DNA of 63,295 nucleotides, filler included, from Octopus bimaculoides (taxonomy: Eukaryota): NCBI RefSeq assembly GCF_001194135.2. It is 8 parts of 5 records of this genome, joined end to end, with 100 filler letters (N's around TTAATTAATTAA, not from the genome) between each part and the next. Parts side by side here need not be neighbours in the genome. Positions count along the whole stretch, not along the records: positions 34,183 to 39,100 come from NC_068984.1; positions 39,201 to 52,902 come from NC_068984.1; 6 more parts are not named here. The stretch is one strand, 5' to 3'. Positions within the stretch are counted from its first letter, which is position 1, and every line of letters starts with the position of its first letter. Under the pieces are notes generated by a model that ran no database searches, was not told the DNA's origin, and was given only the letters and a program-made list of their open reading frames with translations. Shown here piece after piece: positions 36,701-50,092 of this stretch. The position numbers were made by a program, and so were the translations under genes.

Positions 36701-38719
36701 NNNNNNNNNNNNNNNNNNNNNNNNNNNNNNNNNNNNNNNNNNNNNNNNNNNNNNNNNNNNNNNNNNNNNNNNNNNNNNNNNNNNNNNNNNNNNNNNNNNN
36801 NNNNNNNNNNNNNNNNNNNNNNNNNNNNNNNNNNNNNNNNNNNNNNNNNNNNNNNNNNNNNNNNNNNNNNNNNNNNNNNNNNNNNNNNNNNNNNNNNNNN
36901 NNNNNNNNNNNNNNNNNNNNNNNNNNNNNNNNNNNNNNNNNNNNNNNNNNNNNNNNNNNNNNNNNNNNNNNNNNNNNNNNNNNNNNNNNNNNNNNNNNNN
37001 NNNNNNNNNNNNNNNNNNNNNNNNNNNNNNNNNNNNNNNNNNNNNNNNNNNNNNNNNNNNNNNNNNNNNNNNNNNNNNNNNNNNNNNNNNNNNNNNNNNN
37101 NNNNNNNNNNNNNNNNNNNNNNNNNNNNNNNNNNNNNNNNNNNNNNNNNNNNNNNNNNNNNNNNNNNNNNNNNNNNNNNNNNNNNNNNNNNNNNNNNNNN
37201 NNNNNNNNNNNNNNNNNNNNNNNNNNNNNNNNNNNNNNNNNNNNNNNNNNNNNNNNNNNNNNNNNNNNNNNNNNNNNNNNNNNNNNNNNNNNNNNNNNNN
37301 NNNNNNNNNNNNNNNNNNNNNNNNNNNNNNNNNNNNNNNNNNNNNNNNNNNNNNNNNNNNNNNNNNNNNNNNNNNNNNNNNNNNNNNNNNNNNNNNNNNN
37401 NNNNNNNNNNNNNNNNNNNNNNNNNNNNNNNNNNNNNNNNNNNNNNNNNNNNNNNNNNNNNNNNNNNNNNNNNNNNNNNNNNNNNNNNNNNNNNNNNNNN
37501 NNNNNNNCCTCTAAACGATTGTCTCTACAAACTCCTTAAAAAAAGCAACTTTTTATTTTTTAAACTTTTTTCAATTTTATTTTATTTCATCTTATTTTAT
37601 CCTCTCTTTTACCCATTTACTTTTTTACATTGTTCCTCTTTTCTCGATTTTGTATCGTTTTCTTTCTGTTGAATTGTTTAACTTTTTCATTGAATTATTT
37701 TTTATAATTGTATTAATATCTATTTTATCCCTCTCATGTTTCTTATTTTATTTTTTCCTTTTTATCTTGTATCAGTTATTTTTTGCAATTTCTTTAAATC
37801 TTGTACCCATTCCCCTTCCCCCATTATTTATCGATCTTATTTTAGTATATTTTATTTTATTTCTGTATACACGCACACATAAATACACACACGTACATAT
37901 ACACACACACACGCAAGCACACAGGAACGCATATATTCCTCCACATAACACACCCCCACGCACACACTCACGCACACGCTCATACACACACACATGCATA
38001 CATACACACACACGCACACATACACACACACGAACACATATACGCTCACGCACACACGTCAATGCACATATCACACATATACCTCCACACACACACAAAT
38101 TCACGTTCACACACGCATACACACACGCACACACCCATGCACACACACGCCCATGCACACATACCTCCCACTCACACAACACACATTCATACATACAGAC
38201 ACACAATTACACATACATGGGCATATACATACACGCACACACATATACTCCACTTACACAACCCCACACACAACACCCAACAGAACACCAGAAACACACA
38301 CATACACACACGCACATACACACACGCACATACACACATACTCACACATACACACACAAGCACACACAGACGCATGCACACACTACACACACACACGCAA
38401 CATATACATACACGCACACACATACATACACACGCACACACATACTTCAAACTGCCAGTCAACACCTTTCTACTGAACATTCTTCTACGTACATGTGAAG
38501 AGAACACAAGCAAAGCACCGCCACTCCTGTTACCATGGTGCTAAATTCTTCCTGTAACACTAAGAGACACAAAGTTCACTAACACATACACATATAAACA
38601 GCCAAAACCACACAAACACCACACACACAACATATACACACATATGCATACATTCGTGCTATTACACACACGCACACACACACTTGCGCGCACGCACATA
38701 CCCACACATAGCCACGCAT

Positions 38720-39100
38720 AATGCACTTCTCTTACACTTTCCCATCTTAGAAAGAACCTTTTCTTCACCTATTCCCTTCTGGTCATTTCAAAATGTAACC
38801 ATATGTGAATCGTTGACGATTTTCTTCCCCCGTCTTCCTTTCTATTGGATTTTCCTCTGTTTTTGAAGAAGAGCATTGCTCGAAACATTAAACCCTCTTT
38901 CTTTCCTTCCTTGAGCGTCTGCTAATACTTTACATGTACCACGTCCTCGCGTTGTTGAGTTTTTGTGTTTTTCTGGGGGGGGGGATTTACTATATATATA
39001 TATACACTCTCTCTTTCCTTTCCTGAGCGTCCAATAATACTATCCATATCACGTCCTCACTTTGTTGTTTTTTTGTTTTTTTGTTATTGTTTTTTTGAAC
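38720..39100 (+). mobile_element. PLE pseudo-LTR with degenerate minimal hammerhead and duplicated 3' tail
   Basis: GTTTT-TGAAGA-A-GAGC-ATT-GCTC-GAAAC-ATT-AAAC at ~38859-38897; two diverged copies of the ...GAGCGTC...TAATACT...CACGTCCTC tail. Confidence 0.6.
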
Positions 39101-39234
39101 NNNNNNNNNNNNNNNNNNNNNNNNNNNNNNNNNNNNNNNNNNNNTTAATTAATTAANNNNNNNNNNNNNNNNNNNNNNNNNNNNNNNNNNNNNNNNNNNN
39201 GAGCACTCAACACATTTATTGTGAGTTACCTGTA

Positions 39235-39271
39235 TGGATCAAAACAGTTTGAACCGAACTGTTTTGATCCA
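39235..39271. other. Perfect 15-bp hairpin
   Basis: TGGATCAAAACAGTT / AACTGTTTTGATCCA with 7-nt loop TGAACCG. Confidence 0.9.
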
Positions 39272-40132
39272 CATATATATTAATGTTTGTCCGTTTTTTT
39301 TCTTTTTTCTTTTTGTTCACTTATAATTTTACATTAATCTGGAGGGTCACTCCATACTTTTGTAGAGTACAGATGTATCATGCTTTCACAAGAATATGAA
39401 CCTCTTAGTCACGTAGGTGTTCCTGCACGTATCATTGCTTCGTGTTTCCTAGTTAAGCTGTAAAACACTTTTGGGATTGGGTTATTTATGTTAGTAGAAA
39501 TTTTGCTATTCTAAAAATATCATAAAAGTTTTTCAAAGGAATATATCCTGGTTGCTTTACATCATGTTAGGGTGGGCAGAGATGAAGAAGTTTTAGGCGG
39601 AAAATAAATAAGAAACGTTTTGATAACGTAAGTGATGACTGCAAAGGAAGTTTGTTTCCCTTGAAATCGTGAAGACAAACGAGATTCTCTTGTAATTTCG
39701 TTTATTCAACAAATGAAATAGACACGATCATAAACCTTTTGAATTATCTTACCAATATCAACCGAATTATCACCCCCCAATTCCTGATGTATTAAACCTT
39801 TATCACTCAAAGTTTCCCATACAAGATATTTTTCTCGTCAGTGAAGTCACCCGTTAATTGGCGAATCATAAATCTCAAAACGTTGTCTGTAACAAACAAC
39901 ACCGAGAAAAATGTACTACGTGTCGTTAAGTCACGTGCACATACGTAAATGCTTGTGGGGTTTTTTTTACTCCGTCATCTCGAGAATGTGTCATTTAATA
40001 AAATAGCACATCTCATACGTAATCAGGCGGCATGCTAGAAAGGGCAGCCAAAATCTCAAACAACATCTTAGTGTTTGAACAAAAATAGCGGGGTGCATTG
40101 GGTAATGTAGTTTGGAATACACTACGTGTGAA

Positions 40133-40201
40133 AAGTCCATTCCTTGAAGTCCATTCCTTGAAGTCCATTCCTTGAAGTCCATTCCTTGAAGTCCATTCCT
40201 T
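40133..40201. repeat. 14-bp tandem repeat (AAGTCCATTCCTTG x4.9)
   Basis: Units start at 40133, 40147, 40161, 40175 and 40189. Confidence 0.95.
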
Positions 40202-40759
40202 ATAGCTCTACTGAATCTTTCGTTCTCCATGGATAAAGTTATAGTTATTCGGTAAACTGGACCAGCAATTACTAATGTGTATCAACGAACCAGCGAGGGA
40301 GTCTCTACATGGTCGCTCGGTTTTCTGAAAGTAGCAACTTAATTTCCCTCAGATCACATTATATCCTTTTCTACATGATATAGTGTGAGGAAAATATGCA
40401 TTGTATGGGGATGGTCACAACTGAATGTCTTTGATCATAGGAGGTAGCCAATAGAGACTAATCAAAACCATGCAACAGCAATAACAGTAACGTTCCTTAT
40501 AATCAGAAATGGTGTTAGGAATGAATGTGCGAACGACAGAGATATTTCTCTACTCGCTATGTTTTGGAAAAGTGTATTGTCGAACGGAACGAATGGGAAA
40601 AAACTCAAAATGAGTTGAGAATAGAAAGAAGCGCCAAACATAGAGTTGTACTTTGTCTCCGACAGACCCACGTGAACTGTGTGTGGAACAAAAAAAGCTA
40701 TTGTATAGTCTTCATTAATTTCTCGTATTTCACCCAATTTATTAGTTGGGCCTGAGACA

Positions 40760-41860
40760 GGCTTAAGTGTCTGTTACGGTTCATTCGTAGAGCAGATTCC
40801 TTTACACACTGGCAGATGTCTCGGTTCATCTCGATGAATTCCAATTCTAAATTCATTAATGTTATAGAAGGTGTCAAACAGAGCTGTCTGCGAGTGCTAA
40901 CTTTATTCACCCTGCATGTCTGCGATGCTCGAAAACGTACTTCCCGACTCAACTGAAGCTGTATACATAGAGACAAAACTTGATGCTCATCTGTTTAAGG
41001 GTTGCAACCAAAACCTAAAAGCCAGTCCATACTTATGACAATGAGAGATTGTGGTTTTCTGATGGTTGTGTCCTTGTCTCAAAGGCAGAGGAGTACCCGG
41101 AGCTTGGTAAATGCCTTTTGTAAATGCCTTGGTAAAGGCCTTTTGACTTGAAAACTTAACATCTAGAAAAACTACGATTCTTTGCCAAGCAAGTGTTAAA
41201 CCTGTCCCAGTGGCACAACCTGTGCCCACTTTTATCGAAAGGGATAAGGTGTAAAGGGAAACCTCTTAACCAATCTGGGTAGTACAATCAGTGATAAGGG
41301 TAAGTTTGGTAACGGACAAAACTAAAAGATGAGCAATGCCATCTGCGCGGTTGGAAGGTTGAGAGCTACAGTTCAACAGCAAGAGCTTTATGGTTCCATT
41401 CAAGTGCTTAGCATACAGCAATAATAATGTTATCAACTATATTGAATGGATCGGTGATATGGACCTTATACCGCAAACGGGTAAATAAGAACTGCAGTGA
41501 TGAAGAGGCATCACAGAGATAGATTCAAGGGCACCATCATTCTAGAAACAGCCAAACTCCCTACCATGGAAGAGTTACAAGGACAGAGAAACTTCCGTTG
41601 TCTTGGGCATGTCTAAAGTTTGGAGAAAACTCGGTTGTCAGTATTTTACTTCCTGTTGTCTGGTGGCAAAGATGTGTTTAAACTAATGTGAAGAGAACGG
41701 ATATTGAATATTGGGAATCGAAGGTGGGTCACAGTAGCTAAGAGTAGGTACCAGTGGGTGGGGGTTGATTCTCTTCTGATATTAGCGACTTGCAGCATTT
41801 CATACGGACAGTCATCGTCGATAAATGACCAATCACTAACGATGATGATGATGATGATGA
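40760..41860 (+). mobile_element. Heavily decayed RTE/BovB-like LINE with (GAT)n tail
   Basis: EGVKQSCL..TLF, ILETAKLPTMEEL..RNFRCLGHV and a terminal GATGATGAT array. Confidence 0.55.
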
Positions 41861-42130
41861 GATGAGGATAAATACACACACACATACACACACATACCCA
41901 TACATAACCAGATTTCTTACCAAACGACCCTCCAGGAATGTGCATACATTAGTACAGTTACACACAACATTAAACCCTAAAGCACATTAACCACTGAATA
42001 CACACACAAACGCACACACACACATACACAGGCGCGCGCGCGCACACACAATCACTCACATACATACTCATTCACATACTCCCAAATACATTGATACAGA
42101 ACACGCAGACCATACATACACATGGAAACT

Positions 42131-42514
42131 GTTGTTGGCACTCCGTCGCTTACGACGACGAGGGTTCCAGCTGATCCGATCAGCGGAACAGCCTGCTCGT
42201 GAAATTAGCGTGCAAGTGGCTGAGCACTCCACAGACACGTGTACCCTTAACATAGTTCTCGGGGATATTCAGCGTGACACAGTGTGACAAGGCTGGCCCT
42301 TTGAATAACAGGTACAACAGAAACAGGAAGAAAGAGTGAGAGAAAGTTGTGGTGAAAGAGTACAGCAGGGTTCGCCACCATCCCCTGCCGGAGCCTCGTG
42401 GAGCTTTTAAGGTGTTTTCGCTCAATAAACACTCACAACGCCCGGTCTAGGAATCGAAACCGCGATCCTATGACCGCGAGTCCGCTGCCCTAACCACTGG
42501 ACCATTGCGCCTCC
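42131..42514 (-). mobile_element. tRNA-derived SINE, family A, 13-bp TSD
   Basis: Reverse complement of the 6259 copy; TSD ACACATGGAAACT at 42118-42130 and 42515-42527. Confidence 0.92.
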
Positions 42515-43426
42515 ACACATGGAAACTAATAAAAGCGTATATAGACAAAGGAACATACCTATAGCCTCGCAAAAGGACAGAGAGTGATGGTGAAATGTAT
42601 GCTGGGAAATTTTGGTCAGCTGAGCACCATTTATCTGACATTAGTGTAACACGCAGGCTTGTCGTGTCTTCTCAATGATCTCTAAAGATGATAGAAGCTG
42701 ACAGAAATATGTCAGACACTCTCTGGAGATATTCATTAAGATAATTCTGAAGATAAGAATCTCATTCTTCACGGAGACACAAATATCTCCCTTACTTACC
42801 AATACATATTGATATAAACCAATACAAATACATTTTCAATCTGTAAAGACTGTATTCGCCAAGTCGTAGGTTTTGTGTTGTTGTGGTTGTTTCGGCGCGA
42901 GTTTTTATCGAATCAATATGGGTGAACGACCTCCAATAATGTCAATGCCCTCTATTTCTGTCTTTTTCAAGCAGATTAGATCCATTTTTTAGATAGAAAT
43001 TCACCAAGGACAGCATTGTTCAATGTCTTTTATAAAACAGGATCAGGTAGGGAGTAATTTCAAGGTGTTTTGGCTGCTATTTCTAGTATTTCAAATCAGC
43101 ATGTAGAAGTTCCTTTATGGCTACAGTTAATCACGTAGACAATTTATTTCGGGTCAATCGGTTGAGTCCATTCCTAAGGGTTGTCCATTCTCTCAAGTGG
43201 GGTCTACTCCCCACGGATGTCCATCATGTCTTCTCGAGTCCATCCCTTCCCAACTTGGGTTTCAGAGAGAATAGTGAATGAGTTTAATTTATTGATCAAG
43301 TGCAGTTGGAAGGGCGGTGTTAAACTTGCAGATTTCATTGAATTGAGATTGTTTTTAGGGTGTCTTTCGTTGTAATGTCGTCAGAACAGGACCGGAGTGA
43401 ATAGGAGAAATATAATTTGGTCTGTT

Positions 43427-43669
43427 ATTTACATTATTTACATTTGACGGCTATTTGTCTTCATCTTGTTCGTTGTTAACACAACGTTTCGGTTTATATA
43501 CCCTCCAACCTTCCTCGGGTTCGAAATTTCCCCAAGACACCTGATGAAGGCTGAAGGGTATATCAGCCGAAACGTTGTGTTAACAACAAACAAGATGAAG
43601 ACAAATAGCCGTCAAATGTAAATAATGTAAATAATGTAAATAATTCCTCATCTCTTAAATATAGGACTG
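43427..43669 (+). mobile_element. 243-bp non-coding PLE-type insertion: inverted pseudo-LTR arms, 16-bp TSD
   Basis: 87-bp inverted arms at 43427-43513 / 43546-43632; TSD TATAATTTGGTCTGTT at 43411-43426 and 43670-43685. Confidence 0.9.
43537..43580 (+). ncRNA. Minimal type I hammerhead ribozyme
   Basis: ACAC-CTGATGA-A-GGCTGA-AGGGTATA-TCAGCC-GAA-ACGT-T-GTGT: intact core, 6-bp stem II, palindromic 4-nt stem III typical of PLE hammerheads. Confidence 0.85.
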
Positions 43670-44041
43670 TATAATTTGGTCTGTTTTGTTTGAAAGAAAG
43701 AAACAAACAAACAGAGGGAGGAAGAGAGAGAGAAGGGGGATGAGAGGGAGGGAGGAAGAAAGAGGGTGGAAGAGAGGGATAGAAAGAGAGAGAGGGAGAT
43801 GTAAAAGTGAAAGCTCGTGGCAAAATCATAATGAAATTAGGAGACATTAGTTTGTCACGTGGCAGCAGCGGAACCGTGGCAAATTGCAGAGGATTCTCTG
43901 TTGGACACCAAACAGGGGCACAATGTTTTGATTCTAAGAATATCTCAGCAGAATAGAAGATTTCATTCATCAGTTTCTGGTGGGGGGGGGCATTTAATTA
44001 ATCACGCGGCTCTACATTTATTCACCAACGCAGAGGAGAGA

Positions 44042-44076
<35 letters not shown>

Positions 44077-45589
44077 NNNNNNNNNNNNNNNNNNNNNNNN
44101 NNNNNNNNNNNNNNNNNNNNNNNNNNNNNNNNNNNNNNNNNNNNNNNNNNNNNNNNNNNNNNNNNNNNNNNNNNNNNNNNNNNNNNNNNNNNNNNNNNNN
44201 NNNNNNNNNNNNNNNNNNNNNNNNNNNNNNNNNNNNNNNNNNNNNNNNNNNNNNNNNNNNNNNNNNNNNNNNNNNNNNNNNNNNNNNNNNNNNTGTTTCT
44301 CACATTGTTACATGGAGAGATGTGACTAGACGTTTTAGTAGTTTTCTTCAAATTGATACAGTAAAATGGTGGTGGTGGTGGTGGTGGTGGTGGTGGTGGT
44401 GATGGTGGTGGTGGTGGTAGTAGTAGTAGTGAGGGTGGCGGCGGCGGTAGAGTAAAGATGGTAGAAACGGTGGAAGTAAATTTCTTCTGCTTTGGGGAAA
44501 TCACTGGGCAAAAACTAAACGGAACGATTTATTTCTCAGGAAAAGAAAATGGTAAAAAAATTGTTGTAATTTGATAATAAATAAAGTTAACAATGCATGG
44601 ATAAGGGAACAAGCCAGCAGACGTCCTTTGATATGGTGCCAACTTTTGAAATAGGCCAACATTTCTGCTGTTTAAATGAAGGAAAATGAGAAACAATTAT
44701 GTCTTATTATTTTCTCCGACGTTAAATTCTAATTTGAACATTGTTACATAACGGTAAGAATAAGTAATTAGTGAAGCATTAAATTTGAAAAGTTTACGGA
44801 AAGGAAAAACGCAAAAGTTTCATGTTCCTTCCTTTCACCCAAAAAACATTAATGGTTGGAATGAAGCACAATGTTTCCCAGCGGGAATCAAAGCCGATTT
44901 GGGAATTTGGCTCATTTTGATATATGTTGTTGTTGTCGTCGGTGGTGGTGGTGGTGGTGGTTTATGTGTTGTTTTCTTGTGGGAAGGGTGGGGAGAGCAA
45001 CCAGACTTTTATCCGCCTCCTTTCTTACAAAAACGGTGAAATCACANNNNNNNNNNNNNNNNNNNNNNNNNNNNNNNNNNNNNNNNNNNNNNNNNNNNNN
45101 NNNNNNNNNNNNNNNNNNNNNNNNNNNNNNNNNNNNNNNNNNNNNNNNNNNNNNNNNNNNNNNNNNNNNNNNNNNNNNNNNNNNNNNNNNNNNNNNNNNN
45201 NNNNNNNNNNNNNNNNNNNNNNNNNNNNNNNNNNNNNNNNNNNNNNNNNNNNNNNNNNNNNNNNNNNNNNNNNNNNNNNNNNNNNNNNNNNNNNNNNNNN
45301 NNNNNNNNNNNNNNNNNNNNNNNNNNNNNNNNNNNNNNNNNNNNNNNNNNNNNNNNNNNNNNNNNNNNNNNNNNNNNNNNNNNNNNNNNNNNNNNNNNNN
45401 NNNNNNNNNNNNNNNNNNNNNNNNNNNNNNNNNNNNNNNNNNNNNNNNNNNNNNNNNNTATATATATATACATATACATACATATATATGCATACATACA
45501 TACACACATACATACATACATACATACACACATACATACATACATACACACATACACACATACACACATACATACATACATACATACAC

Positions 45590-47135
45590 ACATGGTGGTT
45601 GTCTACTCCTTATGCAGAGTCTGACCACCTCCTGCACCTACACTTTAGAACCATAATGGCGTCTGATGTGGCTTTTTAAACCAGACAATGTTCTAAAAAG
45701 ACACCCACATAGATTGCACATCCAATTTAGACCACCAAGAGCTGCAGATAAGTTCTGATCTTTGTGGATCTTAAAAATATCTTTTGAGGCCTCCACTGGG
45801 TTTGCAAACCTGGCATACATTGCATTCAAAGGTGTGCACAGACATAGAGGCAGAATAGTTGGTGGAGGTTTCTTTTCCATACGTTCGCAAATGAGATTTG
45901 AGGCCAGCAAAAGACAGGCATGGTCTGTCACAGATTGTGCACACAAAAAGGTCCTTGTCATTCACCTTCTCGATCTTTACATTCTTCCTTAGATCTCTTT
46001 TGAGTCTTGCGTTATCCTGACCTCTTCAAATGCTTTTACTCCACTCCACACATTTGTTCGCCATTCAACTCGATCCGAAGCAAGGGTTTCTATATCTTCT
46101 GGAATCATTCCATGTGACTTCATGATAGCCTTTATGCCGTCCTTAACCCTTTTTTTATGTCTACACCGATAGCGTCTCCCCCTTGCAAGCTCACCATAAA
46201 ACAAGCTGTTTTGGTATGCGTTCCTCTGCCATTCGAACAATATGGCCACACCATCTCAATTGGTTCCTCAAAATCATGGCTTTAATTGAGGTGAGGCCTG
46301 CAGATGCAAGGACAACTGTGTTTGGAATAAAAAAAAACTCTATTTAATTTCTAAAATGCGATGAAGGCATTTTTGGTGGGATTGTTCTAACAATTTAAAA
46401 CGGTTTTCATAACAAATCCAAGTTTCACAGGAATACAACAGGGATGGTGAGACAAATGATTTGTAAAGTGCCAGCTTTGTATTCTTATTTATATGTCGCT
46501 GGCACCAAACGCGTGACTCCAAGACACCAAATGCTTTTGCTGCCCTTTGAATTCGTAGCTGTATTTCTGTATCAAGATTTCCATCATTTTGAATCGACAA
46601 CCTCAAGTAACATTCCCTTAACAAAAATTTTAGCGGGGTTACAAACAGCACCACGCACAGGTTGATGCATTACAACTGCTTCTTCCAAGTTGATGGTCAA
46701 ACCAAAATCATCACAAGCCGAGTCAAATGCAGACACAAGAGATTGCAGACCTGTTTCAGAATGACTGACAAGACCGCAATCGTCAGCGTACAAAAGTTCC
46801 CTAATGAGTGAAGTAAAAACCTTCATTTGGAATTTCAGTCTGGTCAGATTGAAAACATTCCTTGTTGTTCGATATTTTATGTAAATACCCTCCCCAGAGT
46901 TTTGAAAAGTGTGTGACAACACAACCGCAAAGTATATTGCAAAGACGGTGGGTGCATCAAGATCTCCTTGCTTTACTCCATTTTCCACAGCAAAAGATTC
47001 AGAGAGCCTACCACCAAAATTAACTCTAGCTTTCATATCTTGATGCAAAGCCCTGATCATGTTTACAAATTTTTGTGAGAAACCTATTTTCCTTAGAATT
47101 AACCACAGAGCATTTCGATTAACTGTATCGAATCA
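45590..47135 (-). mobile_element. RTE/BovB-clade LINE, 5'-truncated, with C-terminal zinc-finger-like motifs and (ATGT)n tail
   Basis: MIRALHQDMKARV...ENGVKQGDLDAPTVF...IRELLYADDCGL...FGLTIN; SLLYSCETW; LFYGELARGRR; terminal CxxC...H motifs. Second 3' end at 60265-60470. Confidence 0.92.
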
Positions 47136-48574
47136 ACAAAGCAATGGTATAGAGCAATATTCTGTTCAATGCATGAGTTTTGGCTAAATTATTATTATTA
47201 GCATTATTATTATTTTCACTATTATTACCATCATTATTATTATTCCCATTTATTATGTTGTTTAGTTCAACTTTTGTCTTATACTTGAGATAATCATAAA
47301 CATGTGAGGGTTTAAGGGAATAGGAGGAGCAAGAGAAACAGTTTGGTGAACAGAGATTCAATTCCACGGGTCTGTAAATAGATTCGGCAGATGCTGAAGA
47401 GGTCAGCAATGGGCATTCCTGTGCGATAAGGAGACAAAAGAGGCTTCATACCCTTGGGGTCAGCAGAGGTCAAATATGTTTACTACTACTAGCGATCAAT
47501 GAGAACGCTGACCTTGACCTTGAAAAGAGCCAATTCACCTTGTTCTATTTTTAATTACTGATAAAAAAAATGATTATATATATACATATATATGCACACA
47601 CACACACACACACACATATATATACTGATGTTCACCTCGTTGAATTTTTGAATTTCTGAATTTTTTCTTTGAAATTTTTCTTTTCTTTTTATAAGTTTTG
47701 CTGTGGCTTACACTTTTTGTAATTGTGCAGTTTGTATATATTGGCCAATGCTTACCTCCTTAATTTATTTTATCATACATTTAATTGTGTTGTTGCAATA
47801 AAAGGCATGTTTACGTATACGTGTAGTCAGGGACAAAAGATAAAATTTTCACACAAAATTATAGATAATAAATTTTTTTTTTAAATTTTAATATCTACAA
47901 TTTTGTGTGAAATAAATTATTATTGTTGTTGTTATTTTCATTTCGGCCGAGTAATGTGGTTAGTTTGGGTTTCCCCTGCAGATGCAGAAGATCTTTAGGC
48001 TATTTATGACTGAAATTTGACGGGGATTGCACATCTATATATATATAGCTTTCTTGTCATAGGGTGTGAAGGCGGAAAGAAAGTAGAACGAGGTTGGGAG
48101 GGGGAACAAAGAAGAGAAAAGGAATGTGGAAAAGAGAGGAATAGAGAGAAAATGATTTCTTTTCCTTCAATTTTAATTACAATGATTATTTTTTTTTGTT
48201 TTCGTAATTTTCAATATTTTATTAACGACTCTCTCAATCTTCATTTATTCCTTAAATAATTATTAATTGCTGGGACACGTATTTCGTTTTGCAGCCATGA
48301 TATGCTATCAAGAATATTCAATGTTCACAAACCAATGCCGTGCCATGCTTTTCTGTTAACAGTATGGCGTTGTTTTCATTTCTTCAAGTGCTTCTCCTCA
48401 TATTTTCTACAGAGTTCAGAGTCAGCATCGAAAGTTATGGAATTCCGTCTATGAATACGCCTATGTAAACAATGCGATCAAAGAGAGAAAACATAGGAAA
48501 CGACTCTGAACTCAATGGAAAATCTGCAGAGATAAACTTGGCAGTAAATAATTATTGTACTATTCTATATATTT

Positions 48575-49010
48575 AATTTCTTTATTGCCCACATAGAGGG
48601 GACAAACAAGGACAGACAAAGGGATTAAGTCGATTACATCGATCCCCAGTGCGTAACTGGTACTTATTTAATCGATCCCGAAAGGATGGAAGGCAAAGAC
48701 GATCTCGGAGGAGTTTGAACTCAGAATGTAACGGCAGACGAAGTACCGCTAAGCATTTCGCCCGGCGTGTTAACGTTCCTTATTTCTTTATTGCCCACAA
48801 GGGGCTAAACATAGAGTGGACAAACAAGTACAGACAAAGGGATTAAGTCGATTACTGCGACCCCAGTACATAACTGGTACTGAATTTATGAACCCCGAAA
48901 AGATGAAAGGTAAAGTCGACCTCGACGGAATTTGAACTCAGAACGTAACGGCAGACGAAATACCGCTAAGCATTTCGCCCGGCGTGCTACCGCTTCTGCC
49001 AGCTCACCGC
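48575..49010 (-). mobile_element. Two tandem copies of a SINE with Nin/Deu-like central domain
   Basis: Copies at ~48575-48780 and ~48781-49010; reverse strand reads GAGTTCAAATTCC...GTCGACTTTACCTTTCATC...AGTACCAGTTA. Confidence 0.7.
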
Positions 49011-49162
49011 CCTTTTTCTATATATTCTTTACCACATTGCTTCTTCGTTTTTATCAATTTCGTTAAATCAATAACACCGTTGTTAGTAAAGGTGCCTGAC
49101 TTAATGGTTAGGGTGTTCGGCTCACCATCATAGAGTCATAAGTTCGATACTCGCTGCTGCTG

Positions 49163-49198
<36 letters not shown>

Positions 49199-49199
49199 C

Positions 49200-49500
49200 C
49201 TGCAAGCACATGACAACATTCAGAATTTGTCTCAGAGATCTTGAGGACAGCTAACGCCCGGAACATTAGACTAAACACCTTGTTCGGACGAACGAGTAGA
49301 AGTTCCCTAAGTTGATGCTATATGGCGAACTTGTCAGTGGAAACCAAGACTGTAATTTAAGGATTGTGTAAAATCACCGTTGAAAGCGAGCGAAATATGA
49401 GAGACCAATTAGAAAGGCAATGCTTCTGGTCGTTAGCAATGAAGGAAACAAGTAAAAGAAGCAGTTGGTTGTTCGAAAAACATGCATTGATCTCATCGAA
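49200..49500 (+). mobile_element. RTE LINE C-terminal fragment
   Basis: SEILRTANA...HLVR...FPKLMLYGELVSG motif. Confidence 0.5.
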
Positions 49501-49959
49501 ATATAGACTGAAGTCAGTGGCCATGCCTCAATCTTGTAATCATTCGGTGATAGACGGAAACTGAAAGAAACACGTTTTGTGTGTGTGTGTGTACATACAT
49601 ATACGTACGTACATATATGTGTCTACATATATATATGTAGACACATATATGTAGACACATATATGTAGACACATATATGTACGTATGTATATGTATGTAC
49701 ACATATATATATATAAATGTATATATAACTAAGAGCACATGTGTTTGAAAACGTTTGAAAAGGTTAATCGAAAGCGCTCACACACTAAGAAAAAACTTCT
49801 TCCAAAAAAAGTTATTAACATCCATCCTGATAAAAGACTTTATAACTTTTTTTAAAAAGATTATTTTTTTAAAAAATCCCCTTAAAAACTGGTAACGGGG
49901 TCAGGGTACGTGACTTCCAGGCTGTTTCAGGAATTGGAAACCCCCTACATACATACATC

Positions 49960-50092
49960 CGCCTTGCTTGACAAGTTTTTTTTTTTTCATTCTCTCTCTC
50001 TGTTTATTTTCTCTTATTCCTTTCTGTCGAAGAGCGTAGGCTCGAAACTTAAAAGACTTTTCCATTTTCCCCGAGCGTCAAACTAATATATT
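49960..50092 (+). mobile_element. PLE pseudo-LTR fragment with hammerhead-like motif (core CTGTCGA)
   Basis: CTTT-CTGTCGA-A-GAGC-GTAG-GCTC-GAAAC-TT-AAAAG at 50020-50055; same family as 60570-60720. Confidence 0.6.

Noticed and set aside
37650-38544. 282-aa His/Thr-rich ORF
   Set aside because: Translation of a degenerate (CA)n/(CATA)n tract with a T-rich start.
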